Origin: Bacteroidales bacterium
GTDB lineage: Bacteria; Bacteroidota; Bacteroidia; Bacteroidales; UBA932
Length of the DNA: 64,000 bases
Assembly: GCA_017555965.1 (NCBI GenBank)
Contig: JAFZFH010000134.1
Location: forward strand, 35,673 to 99,672
Direction of reading: 5' to 3'
How positions within the stretch are numbered: position 1 is the stretch's first letter; each line of letters starts with the position of its first letter. The notes beneath the pieces were generated by a model. That model had not been told where the DNA came from. It searched no databases and was given only the letters and a program-made list of their open reading frames with translations. This document shows, piece by piece, positions 41,453 through 50,239 of the stretch. The translations under genes and the position numbers were made by a program.

Positions 41453-41911
41453 ATGGGATTCATCATTACGTTGATACTTGTCGGCCTGGTGCTGATTTTT
41501 GCCGAGATTCTTCTTGTGCCCGGAGTCGGTATCGCCGGTGTGCTCGGACTCCTTTCTTTAGGTGGTTCATGTTTCTATGCATTCAATCAACTCGGCACAA
41601 CCGCAGGAGTCATAGTGACTTCTGTCAATGCGGTTCTGATCGTATCCCTCACCATCTGGGTGCTTCGTGCCAAGACATGGAAAAGGCTTACTCTTGAAAC
41701 CAACATTGATGCGAAGGCAGTAGAGTCCGGTTCGGATATACTTGCTGTAGGCGACTGCGGTACGACAGTAACAAGGCTTGCTCCTATGGGTTCGGTAAAG
41801 TTCGGTGAACACGTCGTCGAGGTCAAGGCGCTCGAAGGAATGATCGATCCTGGAGTTGAGGTGAAGGTTGTCCTCATCGAGGATAAGAAGATATACGTAA
41901 ACAATATTTAA
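41453..41911 (+). CDS. NfeD-like membrane protein (short form)
   Basis: AEILLVPG.G..G TM segment and OB-fold TRLAPMG; precedes floA. Confidence 0.85.
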   Translation: MGFIITLILVGLVLIFAEILLVPGVGIAGVLGLLSLGGSCFYAFNQLGTTAGVIVTSVNAVLIVSLTIWVLRAKTWKRLTLETNIDAKAVESGSDILAVGDCGTTVTRLAPMGSVKFGEHVVEVKALEGMIDPGVEVKVVLIEDKKIYVNNI

Positions 41912-41914
41912 ATT

Positions 41915-42880
41915 ATGGAATACACTATGGATGCAATGATTATTGTATGGATCGCAGTCTCGATAGTAGGTCTTGTGATCTTTCTCTGGTTCTTCCCTGT
42001 GACCCTCTGGTTCCAGGCGTTGATCTCAGGAGTCCGCATTTCCCTCATTCAGCTTGTCCTCATGCGCTGGAGAGGTGTTTCTCCAAACACTATCGTGATG
42101 GCGATGGTGACAGGAACAAAGGCTGGACTTACGCTTTATGCAAATGAACTTGAGGCCCACTACCTTGCGAAGGGAAATGTTCCTAAGGTTGTGAATGCGC
42201 TGATTTCTGCAGACAAGGCAAACATCTCGCTTGACTTCAAGATGGCTGCTGCCATTGACCTTGCCGGACGTGATGTGTTCGAGGCCGTACAGATGTCGGT
42301 AAATCCAAAGGTGATCAATACACCTCCCGTAACAGCAGTAGCAAAGGATGGTATCCAGCTTATCGCAAAGGCACGTGTTACTGTACGCGCAAACATCAAG
42401 CAGCTCGTCGGTGGTGCAGGTGAGGAGACCGTTCTTGCACGAGTAGGTGAGGGAATCGTTTCTTCTATCGGTTCTGCAGAAAGCCACAAGTCAGTGCTTG
42501 AGAATCCGGACAGCATTTCTAAGGTGGTGCTCAACAAGGGCCTTGATGCAGGAACAGCTTTTGAGATTCTTTCCATTGACATCGCGGATATCGACATCGG
42601 AAAGAACATCGGTGCCGTTCTCCAGATGGATCAGGCTGAGGCAGACAAGAACATTGCCCAGGCTCGCGCAGAGGAGCGTCGCGCAATGGCAGTCGCTCTT
42701 GAGCAGGAGATGAAGGCTAAGGCTCAGGAAGCACGCGCCCGCGTAATCGAGGCAGAGGCAGAGGTTCCTCTCGCAATGGCGGAGGCGTTCCGTAACGGCA
42801 ATCTCGGCATCATGGATTACTACAAGATGAAGAACATCCAGGCAGATACCGAAATGCGTGAAAACATCGCAAAGCAGTAA
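41915..42880 (+). CDS. floA: Flotillin-like protein FloA (YqfA/UPF0365)
   Basis: [48 protein letters not shown]. Confidence 0.9.
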   Translation: MEYTMDAMIIVWIAVSIVGLVIFLWFFPVTLWFQALISGVRISLIQLVLMRWRGVSPNTIVMAMVTGTKAGLTLYANELEAHYLAKGNVPKVVNALISADKANISLDFKMAAAIDLAGRDVFEAVQMSVNPKVINTPPVTAVAKDGIQLIAKARVTVRANIKQLVGGAGEETVLARVGEGIVSSIGSAESHKSVLENPDSISKVVLNKGLDAGTAFEILSIDIADIDIGKNIGAVLQMDQAEADKNIAQARAEERRAMAVALEQEMKAKAQEARARVIEAEAEVPLAMAEAFRNGNLGIMDYYKMKNIQADTEMRENIAKQ

Positions 42881-42892
42881 GATAATTCAGTG

Positions 42893-42922
42893 AAAGATGC
42901 CCGGCCAGACCGGGCATCTTTT
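42893..42922 (+). terminator. Intrinsic terminator after floA
   Basis: aaagatgcccgg / ccgggcatctttt. Confidence 0.8.
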
Positions 42923-43000
42923 CGATTTGTCAAGTTTTATTTGGTGATTCACCAAATTTATTTATATCTTTGCAGTCCTATAAGTGAAACAGGCAGTTTT

Positions 43001-43087
43001 GGTGAGATGGGTGAGTGGCTGAAACCACCAGTTTGCTAAACTGACGTACGGGTAACCGTACCGCGGGTTCGAATCCCGCTCTCACCG
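43001..43087 (+). tRNA. tRNA-Ser (GCT), CCA not encoded
   Basis: Acceptor ggtgaga/tctcacc+g, anticodon arm cagtt-ttGCTaa-aactg, long variable arm gtacgg-gtaa-ccgtac, T-arm ggttcgaatcc; promoter tatctttg 42965-42972. Confidence 0.97.
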
Positions 43088-43344
43088 CTGATGATGAAGG
43101 CCGGATGACGAAAGTCATCCGGTTTTTATATACAAAAGGGTCGCGAGAACTTGTTCTCAAGCGACCCTTTTGTTGTATAAAAACGAAGCGAAGCTTCCGG
43201 CCTTCATTATCTGCAAGGGCCCTCCCGGCAGGGAAAAGGGAAAAGACGCCGTAGGTGGCTAATCCCGCCCCGCCGCAGGCGGAAGGGGATGTCGGAGCGA
43301 AGCGACGAAATCCCGGTGAGAGCGGGATGATTCTTCCGGCCCTT
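43088..43344. repeat. tRNA-linked multi-hairpin element with an inverted copy of the tRNA 3' end
   Basis: Nested inverted repeats 43090-43105/43196-43211, 43101-43122, 43123-43183, 43215-43221/43338-43344; 43314-43328 is the exact reverse complement of 43073-43087. Confidence 0.85.
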
Positions 43345-43828
43345 AAAAACAGGCGACCTCAGCTACCGTTCCATTCACGAACCCAATCAGGTCAGATGGT
43401 GAAATCTCCACCTGAAGTCCTCTGACACCGGCGCTTACGTATATCGTTTCAAATGATGAGGCAGTGTCATGGAAATAGGTCGGAAAGCGTTTTTTCATAC
43501 CGATCGGCGAACACCCTCCTCTGATGTATCCTGTAACGGCAAGCAGATCCTTCATTGCTATCATCTCGACCTTCTTGTTACCTGAGACTTTTGCCAAAGC
43601 CTTCAGGTCCACTTCTCCGTTTCCGGGAATTACGCAGACGATGTGGCCTGTCCTGTCTCCATGCAGGACAAGGGTCTTGAATACTCGTGCAATATCCTGT
43701 CCCAGGCTGTCTGCCACATGCTGTGCCGCGAGATCGTTTTCATCGAACTCGTAAGGAATCAGCGTGTATGATATGCCGGCCTTGTCAAGCAGTCTGGCCG
43801 CATTTGTCTTCTCTATCTTCTTTGCCAT
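43343..43828 (-). CDS. ybaK: Cys-tRNA(Pro) deacylase YbaK
   Basis: KTNAARLLD, VFKTLV, VDLKALAK, TGYIRGGCSPIG, SAGVRG. Confidence 0.92.
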   Translation of the reverse strand: MAKKIEKTNAARLLDKAGISYTLIPYEFDENDLAAQHVADSLGQDIARVFKTLVLHGDRTGHIVCVIPGNGEVDLKALAKVSGNKKVEMIAMKDLLAVTGYIRGGCSPIGMKKRFPTYFHDTASSFETIYVSAGVRGLQVEISPSDLIGFVNGTVAEVACF

Positions 43829-43888
43829 AGCGGGTGCAAAAATAATAAAATTGCCTATCTTTACCATTCAAACTAATTAATACTCATT

Positions 43889-44089
43889 ATGGGAAACAAG
43901 ATCATGAAGATTTTCCACCTGGTGGTAATGGCGCTGGCATTTGTGGTGTTGACTGTATTTATGATACTCCATGTACGTGCCGGAATAGACTCACAGATGT
44001 CGAAACTTTATCTCGGTCTCTATCTCGTCCTTATGGGATGGGCGGCAGTACGTGTTTTTTCTATTGCGAAAGACCTGTTTCAAAAATGA
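43889..44089 (+). CDS. Small two-TM hypothetical membrane protein (66 aa)
   Basis: Two hydrophobic helices, A-rich leader, 7 nt gap to the GH43 gene. Confidence 0.6.
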   Translation: MGNKIMKIFHLVVMALAFVVLTVFMILHVRAGIDSQMSKLYLGLYLVLMGWAAVRVFSIAKDLFQK

Positions 44090-44096
44090 TTGAAAT

Positions 44097-45695
44097 ATGA
44101 AGAAGACATCCATTGTTATGCTTGCCTCAGCATTGGCATGCGTAAGCTCGTTGGCTCAGAATCCGTTCCTCCCTTTGTGGGAATACATCCCGGACGGAGA
44201 GCCATACCTTTTTGAGGACCCGGACAACCCGGGAAAGATGCGAGTATATGTATATGGCTCTCACGACTCACTGATCAGTGAATATTGTGGTCGCGAACAG
44301 GTTGTGTGGTCTGCACCGGAAGATGATCTTTCAAATTGGAGGTATGACGGAGTAATCTTTGAGTCAAGAAAGGATGCGGAAGGAAATCCTCTGTATGAGA
44401 ACGGTCAGGGAGACATCCTGTATGCTCCGGATGTTACTGTCAGAGTTGAGGATGGAAAGAAGGTGTATTATCTTTTCCCTAACAATCAGGCCGGAGGCAG
44501 AAAGAACATGATTGCCAAGTCCGACCGTCCGGATGGACCGTTCCAGGTCTGCAACTGGAGTCCGTCAGATCCTGCCAGGACAGTCGGAGTCCTTGATTTC
44601 GATCCTGCAGTGTTTGTGGATGATGACGGAAAGGTCTATGGATACTGGGGATTTGAAAGATCCTTTGGAGCTGAGCTTGATCCGCAGACTATGGCTACAG
44701 TGAAGCCTGGTACGGAAATCGTAGCAGATATGGTGTCTGCAAGAAATCAGGAAGGTGTCTTCCGCTTCTTTGAAGCTTCTTCCATCCGAAAGATAAAGGA
44801 TAAATATGTGTTTGTATACAGCCGTTGGACAGAAGAAGGTGAGTTTGGACTCCCTTCGACCAATTACACATTGGCCTATGCCTGGTCTGAATCTCCGTTA
44901 GGACCGTTCACATATGGCGGCACCATCATTGACGGCCGTGGAAGAACAAAAAATCCTGATGGAAAAGTTATCGAGACTGCGACTCCAAGCGGAAACACCC
45001 ACGGCGGAATCCTGGAAATAGGCGGACAGTGGTATGTGTTCTATCATCGCCAGTGCGGCACGGACGAATTCTCGCGTCAGGCAATGGTTGCCCCTATTGA
45101 AGTGAATGTCACGGAGGGTCCTGGCGGAAAGGTGGCGATTTCAGAGGGAGAATATACTTCTGAGGGCTTCCAGACAGAAGGTCTGAACCCGTTAGGAAAG
45201 TATTCGGCAGGTATCGCATGCTGGTACACAGGTCCTGAACCCGCCAGACAGGAGTATCCCAACTTCGTATTCTCAGGTTCATATGTGAAGGCGCTGCGTT
45301 TCGATGCTTCCGCTCATGAGAATCCTTATGATCCGACACTCAATTCGAATGTTGTAGTGAACAATACTGATGGTTCAATCGTCGGATATAAATATTTCAA
45401 CTTCGACAAGACAAGCGGTCTTGATGGTCTCGACCTTGAGCTTGATGTTCTTCCGGAGGGAATCGACGGAGTCATTGATATAATGGTAGACAGTCCATGG
45501 ACTGATTGCGGTGGTGTCAAGGTCGGAAGCATTAAGGTGATGAAGGAGATGCCTCGCAAGGTAGGAAGTCTTTTTACAGATGTTTCTGCATTGACTGAGC
45601 TTAAGGGAAAGCACGCCATTTATCTGGTGGTATCGTCAGATGTGGAAGGTCAGTCTGTCTGCGAGATACATTCTTTGGGATTCCGAAAGAAATGA
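44097..45695 (+). CDS. Secreted GH43 glycoside hydrolase with C-terminal CBM6-like module
   Basis: EYIPDGEP, YVYGSHD, LYAPD, FDPAVFVDDDG, FFEASSIRK, NTHG, YVFYHR; C-terminal GYKYFNF...GKHAIY. Confidence 0.85.
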   Translation: MKKTSIVMLASALACVSSLAQNPFLPLWEYIPDGEPYLFEDPDNPGKMRVYVYGSHDSLISEYCGREQVVWSAPEDDLSNWRYDGVIFESRKDAEGNPLYENGQGDILYAPDVTVRVEDGKKVYYLFPNNQAGGRKNMIAKSDRPDGPFQVCNWSPSDPARTVGVLDFDPAVFVDDDGKVYGYWGFERSFGAELDPQTMATVKPGTEIVADMVSARNQEGVFRFFEASSIRKIKDKYVFVYSRWTEEGEFGLPSTNYTLAYAWSESPLGPFTYGGTIIDGRGRTKNPDGKVIETATPSGNTHGGILEIGGQWYVFYHRQCGTDEFSRQAMVAPIEVNVTEGPGGKVAISEGEYTSEGFQTEGLNPLGKYSAGIACWYTGPEPARQEYPNFVFSGSYVKALRFDASAHENPYDPTLNSNVVVNNTDGSIVGYKYFNFDKTSGLDGLDLELDVLPEGIDGVIDIMVDSPWTDCGGVKVGSIKVMKEMPRKVGSLFTDVSALTELKGKHAIYLVVSSDVEGQSVCEIHSLGFRKK

Positions 45696-45709
45696 CAGAC
45701 TTAAGATAT

Positions 45710-45749
45710 AAAAGAAGCGGCTGGTCCATTTGGGCCAGCCGCTTGCTTT
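45710..45749. terminator. Bidirectional terminator between convergent genes
   Basis: aagcggctggtcca / tgggccagccgctt. Confidence 0.8.
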
Positions 45750-45763
45750 ATAGGGAACAGATG

Positions 45764-47398
45764 TTATCTGACCTTAGCGAACTCAACGTCCTTGGCTGCT
45801 CTCTGAGCGAGCTTGTCGCTCTTTGACGCCTTCTCAAGTTCTGCCTTCACTGTAGCTGTCTTGCCCTCACGAGCGGCTGCTACTGCACGGAGATACGAAG
45901 ACTTTGCGCAGTTCTTCTCAAGTGCGGCTGCTGGTGCAGTGTTTCCTACGAGAAGCTGAGCAAGAGCTGCATTGAAGCTCTTCTGACCTTCAAGTTTCTG
46001 AGCCGCTGCCTCATACTCACCATCAAGGATGTCGATGATAGCTGCGTTTTCTACTCCGGCCTCATTGTTTGCGATAGCGAAATACTCTGCCGCTGCGTCT
46101 ACATCGCCCTCACGAAGAGCGATTACTCCGAGAGCATTGTAAACATCGCCGTCTTCAGCAACCTTAGAAAGAGCGTTCTTTGCTTTTCCGAGCTCGTCTG
46201 CATTGATGTATGTTACTGCGATGTTGTACTGTGCGCGCTGGCTGTCAAACTTGTCTACAGCCTTTCTGTAGATGGCGAGCTTGCTGTCATCCTCCTTTAC
46301 GAGAGTTGCTGCACGAAGGAGTGCCTCTTCATCAAGGATGTCGATGTTGCTGTCAATGATCTCAAGAAGTTCCTCGCTTGTGTAGTTTGTGAACTCTACA
46401 TTAGCGATGAATCTTGCACGACGGAGTTCGGGGAGGACGTTTTTAGCAAGAGTCTGATATACTGCAGAGAGATTTCTGATCTCCTTCTCGCGAACTGCAG
46501 GGTCGCTGTACATTGAGAGAACGCGGATGATGAGGTCCTTGTCTTCCATGTCAGACTTTGCAACGAGCTCCTGGAATCCTTCCCAGTCCTCAGCGATGCT
46601 CTTCACATTTACAGGAGCATCAACAGAGTGCTTCTTTGTAACTGAACCGAATGCCTTCTCTGCGCTCTTCGAACGGTTGTCTGAAAGCTTTGCGTTCTTG
46701 TCTTCCTCACCGTCTGGAGATGCATAGGCAACTACATCTGTGCTTACGATGTTCATTCTGTCGTTAGCCTTGATAGCGTCAATGGCTGCCTGGAAATCCT
46801 TGATTGACTTAGAGGTAAGCTGGTTGTTTCTGACCTCTGCGCTGTTGATGTTGTAAAGGATCTGGCCTTCAGCTGTCTGGCTGATCACGTCCTGGTAGTT
46901 GTCTGCCTTGTAGTCAACTCGACCGTTTTGGCACACAAGCATGTAAGTTGTGTTGGCTCCGTCAGCAACCTTCTTTGTCGGGAGGTTTGTCGAAGCTGTA
47001 TTATACTTTACAGTTCCGCGGAGTTCGAGGTAGCTCTTCTCCATTCCTGGTGCATAGTCGAAACTTACCTTCTTTGTTATAGTTGCTCCGTCAGAAGGAA
47101 CAGTCTGATAGTTGTCCTTAACCTTTTCGCCCTGGAAAACGAAAGGCTCCATCTTCACTTCACCACCTTCAAATACAATCACAGGAGTGACCTCAAGGAT
47201 TGCCTTAGGGTGGAAATAGTCTGCAGGATATGTTACAGTCACATCCGCATCGATCTTTCCTCCGACAACTTCAAGAACAGCAGGTTCGCAGCCTACTGTC
47301 AGATTTTCTGCCATTTCAGCCATCTTTTCCGGTGAACTGCATGCTGCAGCAGCAATTGCTACCATGATGGCGGATAATGTTTTTATTGTCTTCTTCAT
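45764..47398 (-). CDS. Lipoprotein with OmpA-like domain and TPR repeats
   Basis: Lipobox AAAC, YASPDG...N.KLS.NR, EDWEGF, LPELRR, C-terminal TPRs. Confidence 0.7.
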   Translation of the reverse strand: MKKTIKTLSAIMVAIAAAACSSPEKMAEMAENLTVGCEPAVLEVVGGKIDADVTVTYPADYFHPKAILEVTPVIVFEGGEVKMEPFVFQGEKVKDNYQTVPSDGATITKKVSFDYAPGMEKSYLELRGTVKYNTASTNLPTKKVADGANTTYMLVCQNGRVDYKADNYQDVISQTAEGQILYNINSAEVRNNQLTSKSIKDFQAAIDAIKANDRMNIVSTDVVAYASPDGEEDKNAKLSDNRSKSAEKAFGSVTKKHSVDAPVNVKSIAEDWEGFQELVAKSDMEDKDLIIRVLSMYSDPAVREKEIRNLSAVYQTLAKNVLPELRRARFIANVEFTNYTSEELLEIIDSNIDILDEEALLRAATLVKEDDSKLAIYRKAVDKFDSQRAQYNIAVTYINADELGKAKNALSKVAEDGDVYNALGVIALREGDVDAAAEYFAIANNEAGVENAAIIDILDGEYEAAAQKLEGQKSFNAALAQLLVGNTAPAAALEKNCAKSSYLRAVAAAREGKTATVKAELEKASKSDKLAQRAAKDVEFAKVR

Positions 47399-47464
47399 AG
47401 CAATAGTTTTGTTTTTAATGTAATAACCGCAAATATAATCATATTTTCTTAACTTTGCAGGATT

Positions 47465-48685
47465 ATGACGAATCAGGAATTACAGACCTTAAAGAATAAG
47501 TTCGATATCATCGGAAATGATCCGGCGCTCAACAGGGCGCTGGAGATTGCCGTTTCCGTGGCGCCGACCGACATTACGGTCCTCGTTTCGGGAGAAAGCG
47601 GTGTCGGTAAGGAAAATATTCCGCGTATCGTCCACCAGAACAGTCGCAGAAAGAATGGAAAGTATTTTGCAATCAACTGTGGTGCGATTCCGGAAGGCAC
47701 GATAGATTCTGAACTTTTCGGACACGAAAAGGGTTCGTTCACAGGTGCGAACGAGATGAGACGGGGATATTTTGAGGAAGCTGACGGTGGCACGATCTTC
47801 CTTGATGAGATCGGTGAACTTCCATTGGCTTCTCAGGCCAAGCTGTTGAGGGTACTTCAGTCCGGAGAGTTCATAAGGGTAGGATCCTCCAAGGTTCTGA
47901 AGACGGATGTCAGGGTGATTGCGGCAACGAACATCAATCTGATGAATGCGGTTTCGAAGGGAAAGTTCCGTGAGGACCTGTACTACAGATTAAGTGCTGT
48001 ATCAATCACGATGCCGGCTCTTCGCGAGAGGAAGGATGATATCAATCTGCTCTTCCGTAAGTTTGCGTCTGACTTTTCTGCTAAATATGGCGTATGTAAG
48101 GTCACCCTTACAGAAGATGCGTCCATTATGCTTCGCAGATACAGATGGCCGGGTAATATCCGTCAGCTGAAGAATGTTGCAGAGGCTGTTTCTGCGCTTG
48201 AGGCGGCTAGGATGTCACCGCATTCCGATAAATGTGTGGTAGATATGAATGTCCTGGCCCGTTACATCCCGAAGGAGGAGCCGAATCTTCTTCCTGCAGT
48301 GTCGGCTTCACATCAGGAAACCCCTGAAAGCGCAGGTGAAAGAGAAGCGATAATCAGGATGCTGCTTCAGCTTAAGCAGGATGTGGATTATCTGAAGGAG
48401 GTTGTTGCCAAGGCAGGACTTGGAAAACAGATGACTCCGGCCATCGCGCCGCCGGATGAGATGCCGATGAGCCCCGACAGGAGACTTGTGGGTGATGATG
48501 AGGATCCGGAGGAACAGGATTTCCAGGAACAGGAACCTGAAGACATGTCTATAAGGACAGCAAGTCTGGAACTTATAGAAAAGGTTCTGCGCAAGCATGG
48601 CGGTAACAGAAAAGCTGCGGCGGCAGAGCTCGGTATTTCGGAAAGGACACTTTACCGTAAGATAAAGCAGATGACAGAGAAATGA
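47465..48685 (+). CDS. Sigma54-dependent AAA+ transcriptional activator (Fis-type HTH, no receiver domain)
   Basis: GESGVGKE, SELFGHEKGSFTGA, FLDEIGE, FREDLYYRL, WPGNIRQL, GNRKAAAAELGISERTLYRK. Confidence 0.92.
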   Translation: MTNQELQTLKNKFDIIGNDPALNRALEIAVSVAPTDITVLVSGESGVGKENIPRIVHQNSRRKNGKYFAINCGAIPEGTIDSELFGHEKGSFTGANEMRRGYFEEADGGTIFLDEIGELPLASQAKLLRVLQSGEFIRVGSSKVLKTDVRVIAATNINLMNAVSKGKFREDLYYRLSAVSITMPALRERKDDINLLFRKFASDFSAKYGVCKVTLTEDASIMLRRYRWPGNIRQLKNVAEAVSALEAARMSPHSDKCVVDMNVLARYIPKEEPNLLPAVSASHQETPESAGEREAIIRMLLQLKQDVDYLKEVVAKAGLGKQMTPAIAPPDEMPMSPDRRLVGDDEDPEEQDFQEQEPEDMSIRTASLELIEKVLRKHGGNRKAAAAELGISERTLYRKIKQMTEK

Positions 48686-49212
48686 TGACAGGTAAAAAAA
48701 TATTATCTACTATCGGAGTTGTTGTGGCCCTTGCCGTGACAATGCTTGTTGTGCACTCGTGCGGCATCTACTCGTTTACAGGTACCTCCATTCAGCCTGA
48801 TGTCAAGACGGTGACTATCAATTATTTCGAGTATCAGGCGCTCAAGGTGAATCCGTCGCTCAGCAACGAGCTTACTGTCGCGATGCAGGACAAGTTCCTG
48901 AAGCTGACCAAGCTGGAGCAGGTGGATATGGACGGCGACCTCGAAATTACCGGAGCAGTTACCGGATACGACGTGAAGGCGACATCCATCACTGCAAATG
49001 AGCAGGCTGCTCAGAACAGACTTACCGTTACGGTGAAGATCAGCTTCACCAACAGGAAATATCCGGAAGATGATTTTTCGGACAAGTCATTTTCAGCATA
49101 TGCGGACTTTGCTGCGACAGAGTCTCTTGATGCTGTTGAGGCTACTCTCTGTGAGGATATAATCGAGCAGCTCTGTGACGATATGTTCAATGCAACCGTT
49201 GCTAACTGGTAA
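48682..49212 (+). CDS. lptE: LPS assembly lipoprotein LptE family
   Basis: Lipobox VHSC, YSFTG.SI, RLTVTV...N, FNATVANW terminus. Confidence 0.8.
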   Translation: MMTGKKILSTIGVVVALAVTMLVVHSCGIYSFTGTSIQPDVKTVTINYFEYQALKVNPSLSNELTVAMQDKFLKLTKLEQVDMDGDLEITGAVTGYDVKATSITANEQAAQNRLTVTVKISFTNRKYPEDDFSDKSFSAYADFAATESLDAVEATLCEDIIEQLCDDMFNATVANW

Positions 49213-49216
49213 ACTT

Positions 49217-49768
49217 ATGGGATATATAGATATAAGGAAACTCACTCTTGACGAGCTTGTTGGTGTTGTCAGTCTTTATCCATGGTTCGGAGGAGCCAGG
49301 ATGGAACTCTGCGAGCGTATGCGCAAGATGGGAGACGGGTTGGCCGAGACTCAGTATGCAGATGCCGCGATGTATGTCCCTTCGAGAGCCAGGATGGCGG
49401 CAATGATAAGGTCCTCTGTCAGTCATGACTGGACCGATGCGGATGTGGAGCGTCTGATAAAGCTGAATGCTCAAAGAAAGGTTCATGTAGTCGGCGGCGA
49501 CTACTTCTCACAGGATGATTACGACAGGGTCCGCAGGTCTGATGACGGAGTTTTCTCCCGTTACGCGGCAAAGGCAAAGCAGGAGAAATCATATGACCAG
49601 GTGAAGGAGTCCGAGTTCGATCTCTACACCGAAACATTGGCTCAGATATATCTGGAACAGGGCTATCCTGAGCAGGCAAAGAACATTTATTCAAAACTTC
49701 TTTTGGCTAATCCAGAAAAAAATGCTTACTTTGCAGCCCTTATTCAAAAAATTGAAGAATTAAACTAG
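49217..49768 (+). CDS. Conserved hypothetical protein with C-terminal TPR
   Basis: YPWF and TETLAQIYLEQG...IY.KL...PEKNAYFA; usual neighbour of secG. Confidence 0.7.
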   Translation: MGYIDIRKLTLDELVGVVSLYPWFGGARMELCERMRKMGDGLAETQYADAAMYVPSRARMAAMIRSSVSHDWTDADVERLIKLNAQRKVHVVGGDYFSQDDYDRVRRSDDGVFSRYAAKAKQEKSYDQVKESEFDLYTETLAQIYLEQGYPEQAKNIYSKLLLANPEKNAYFAALIQKIEELN

Positions 49769-49780
49769 TTGAAATACAAT

Positions 49781-50122
49781 ATGAACGCACTTTTTACAGT
49801 TTTGACAGTGCTTGTGCTTGTTGCAAGCGTACTCATCACTCTCATCGTATTGCTTCAGAACGGAAAGGGTGGCGGACTTGCCAGCAACTTCGTGGCAGGT
49901 AACCAGACTTTCGGAGTACGTCAGACTACTGACATTCTCGAGAAGATCACTTGGGGTCTCGTAGCATTCATCTTCGTTGTATCAATCGTTACGACTTTCA
50001 CACTCAACAACGGTGGAAAGGCTGTTGACTATACAGAGAAGATCGAGATGGCTGATCCGACTCCAGAGTTCCCTGCAGCAATCCCTTCAGCAGAGGCACC
50101 AGCTGAGCCTACAGTAGAGTAA
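49781..50122 (+). CDS. secG: Preprotein translocase subunit SecG
   Basis: VLLQNGKGGGLAS.F...GV..TTD.LEK.TW. Confidence 0.9.
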   Translation: MNALFTVLTVLVLVASVLITLIVLLQNGKGGGLASNFVAGNQTFGVRQTTDILEKITWGLVAFIFVVSIVTTFTLNNGGKAVDYTEKIEMADPTPEFPAAIPSAEAPAEPTVE

Positions 50123-50136
50123 TTGAGTTTTCGCCC

Positions 50137-50178
50137 TCTGACATTTTGTCAGAAAAAAGGGTTTGGAATATAATTTGA
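50137..50178 (+). promoter_or_regulatory. Palindrome TCTGACA-N3-TGTCAGA plus sigma54-like -24/-12 promoter upstream of clpB
   Basis: Perfect 7-bp inverted repeat 50137-50153; TTGG(50165-66)-N10-GA(50177-78). Confidence 0.55.
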
Positions 50179-50239
50179 CTTTTAGCCGTTTGTTCGAAAG
50201 AACAGACGGCTAATGTTGCATAGTATAAACTGAATTCAT

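Noticed and set aside
43088-43344. CRISPR array or prophage attR next to tRNA-Ser
   Set aside because: No regularly spaced direct repeats and no integrase; the 15-nt tRNA copy is inverted, not direct.
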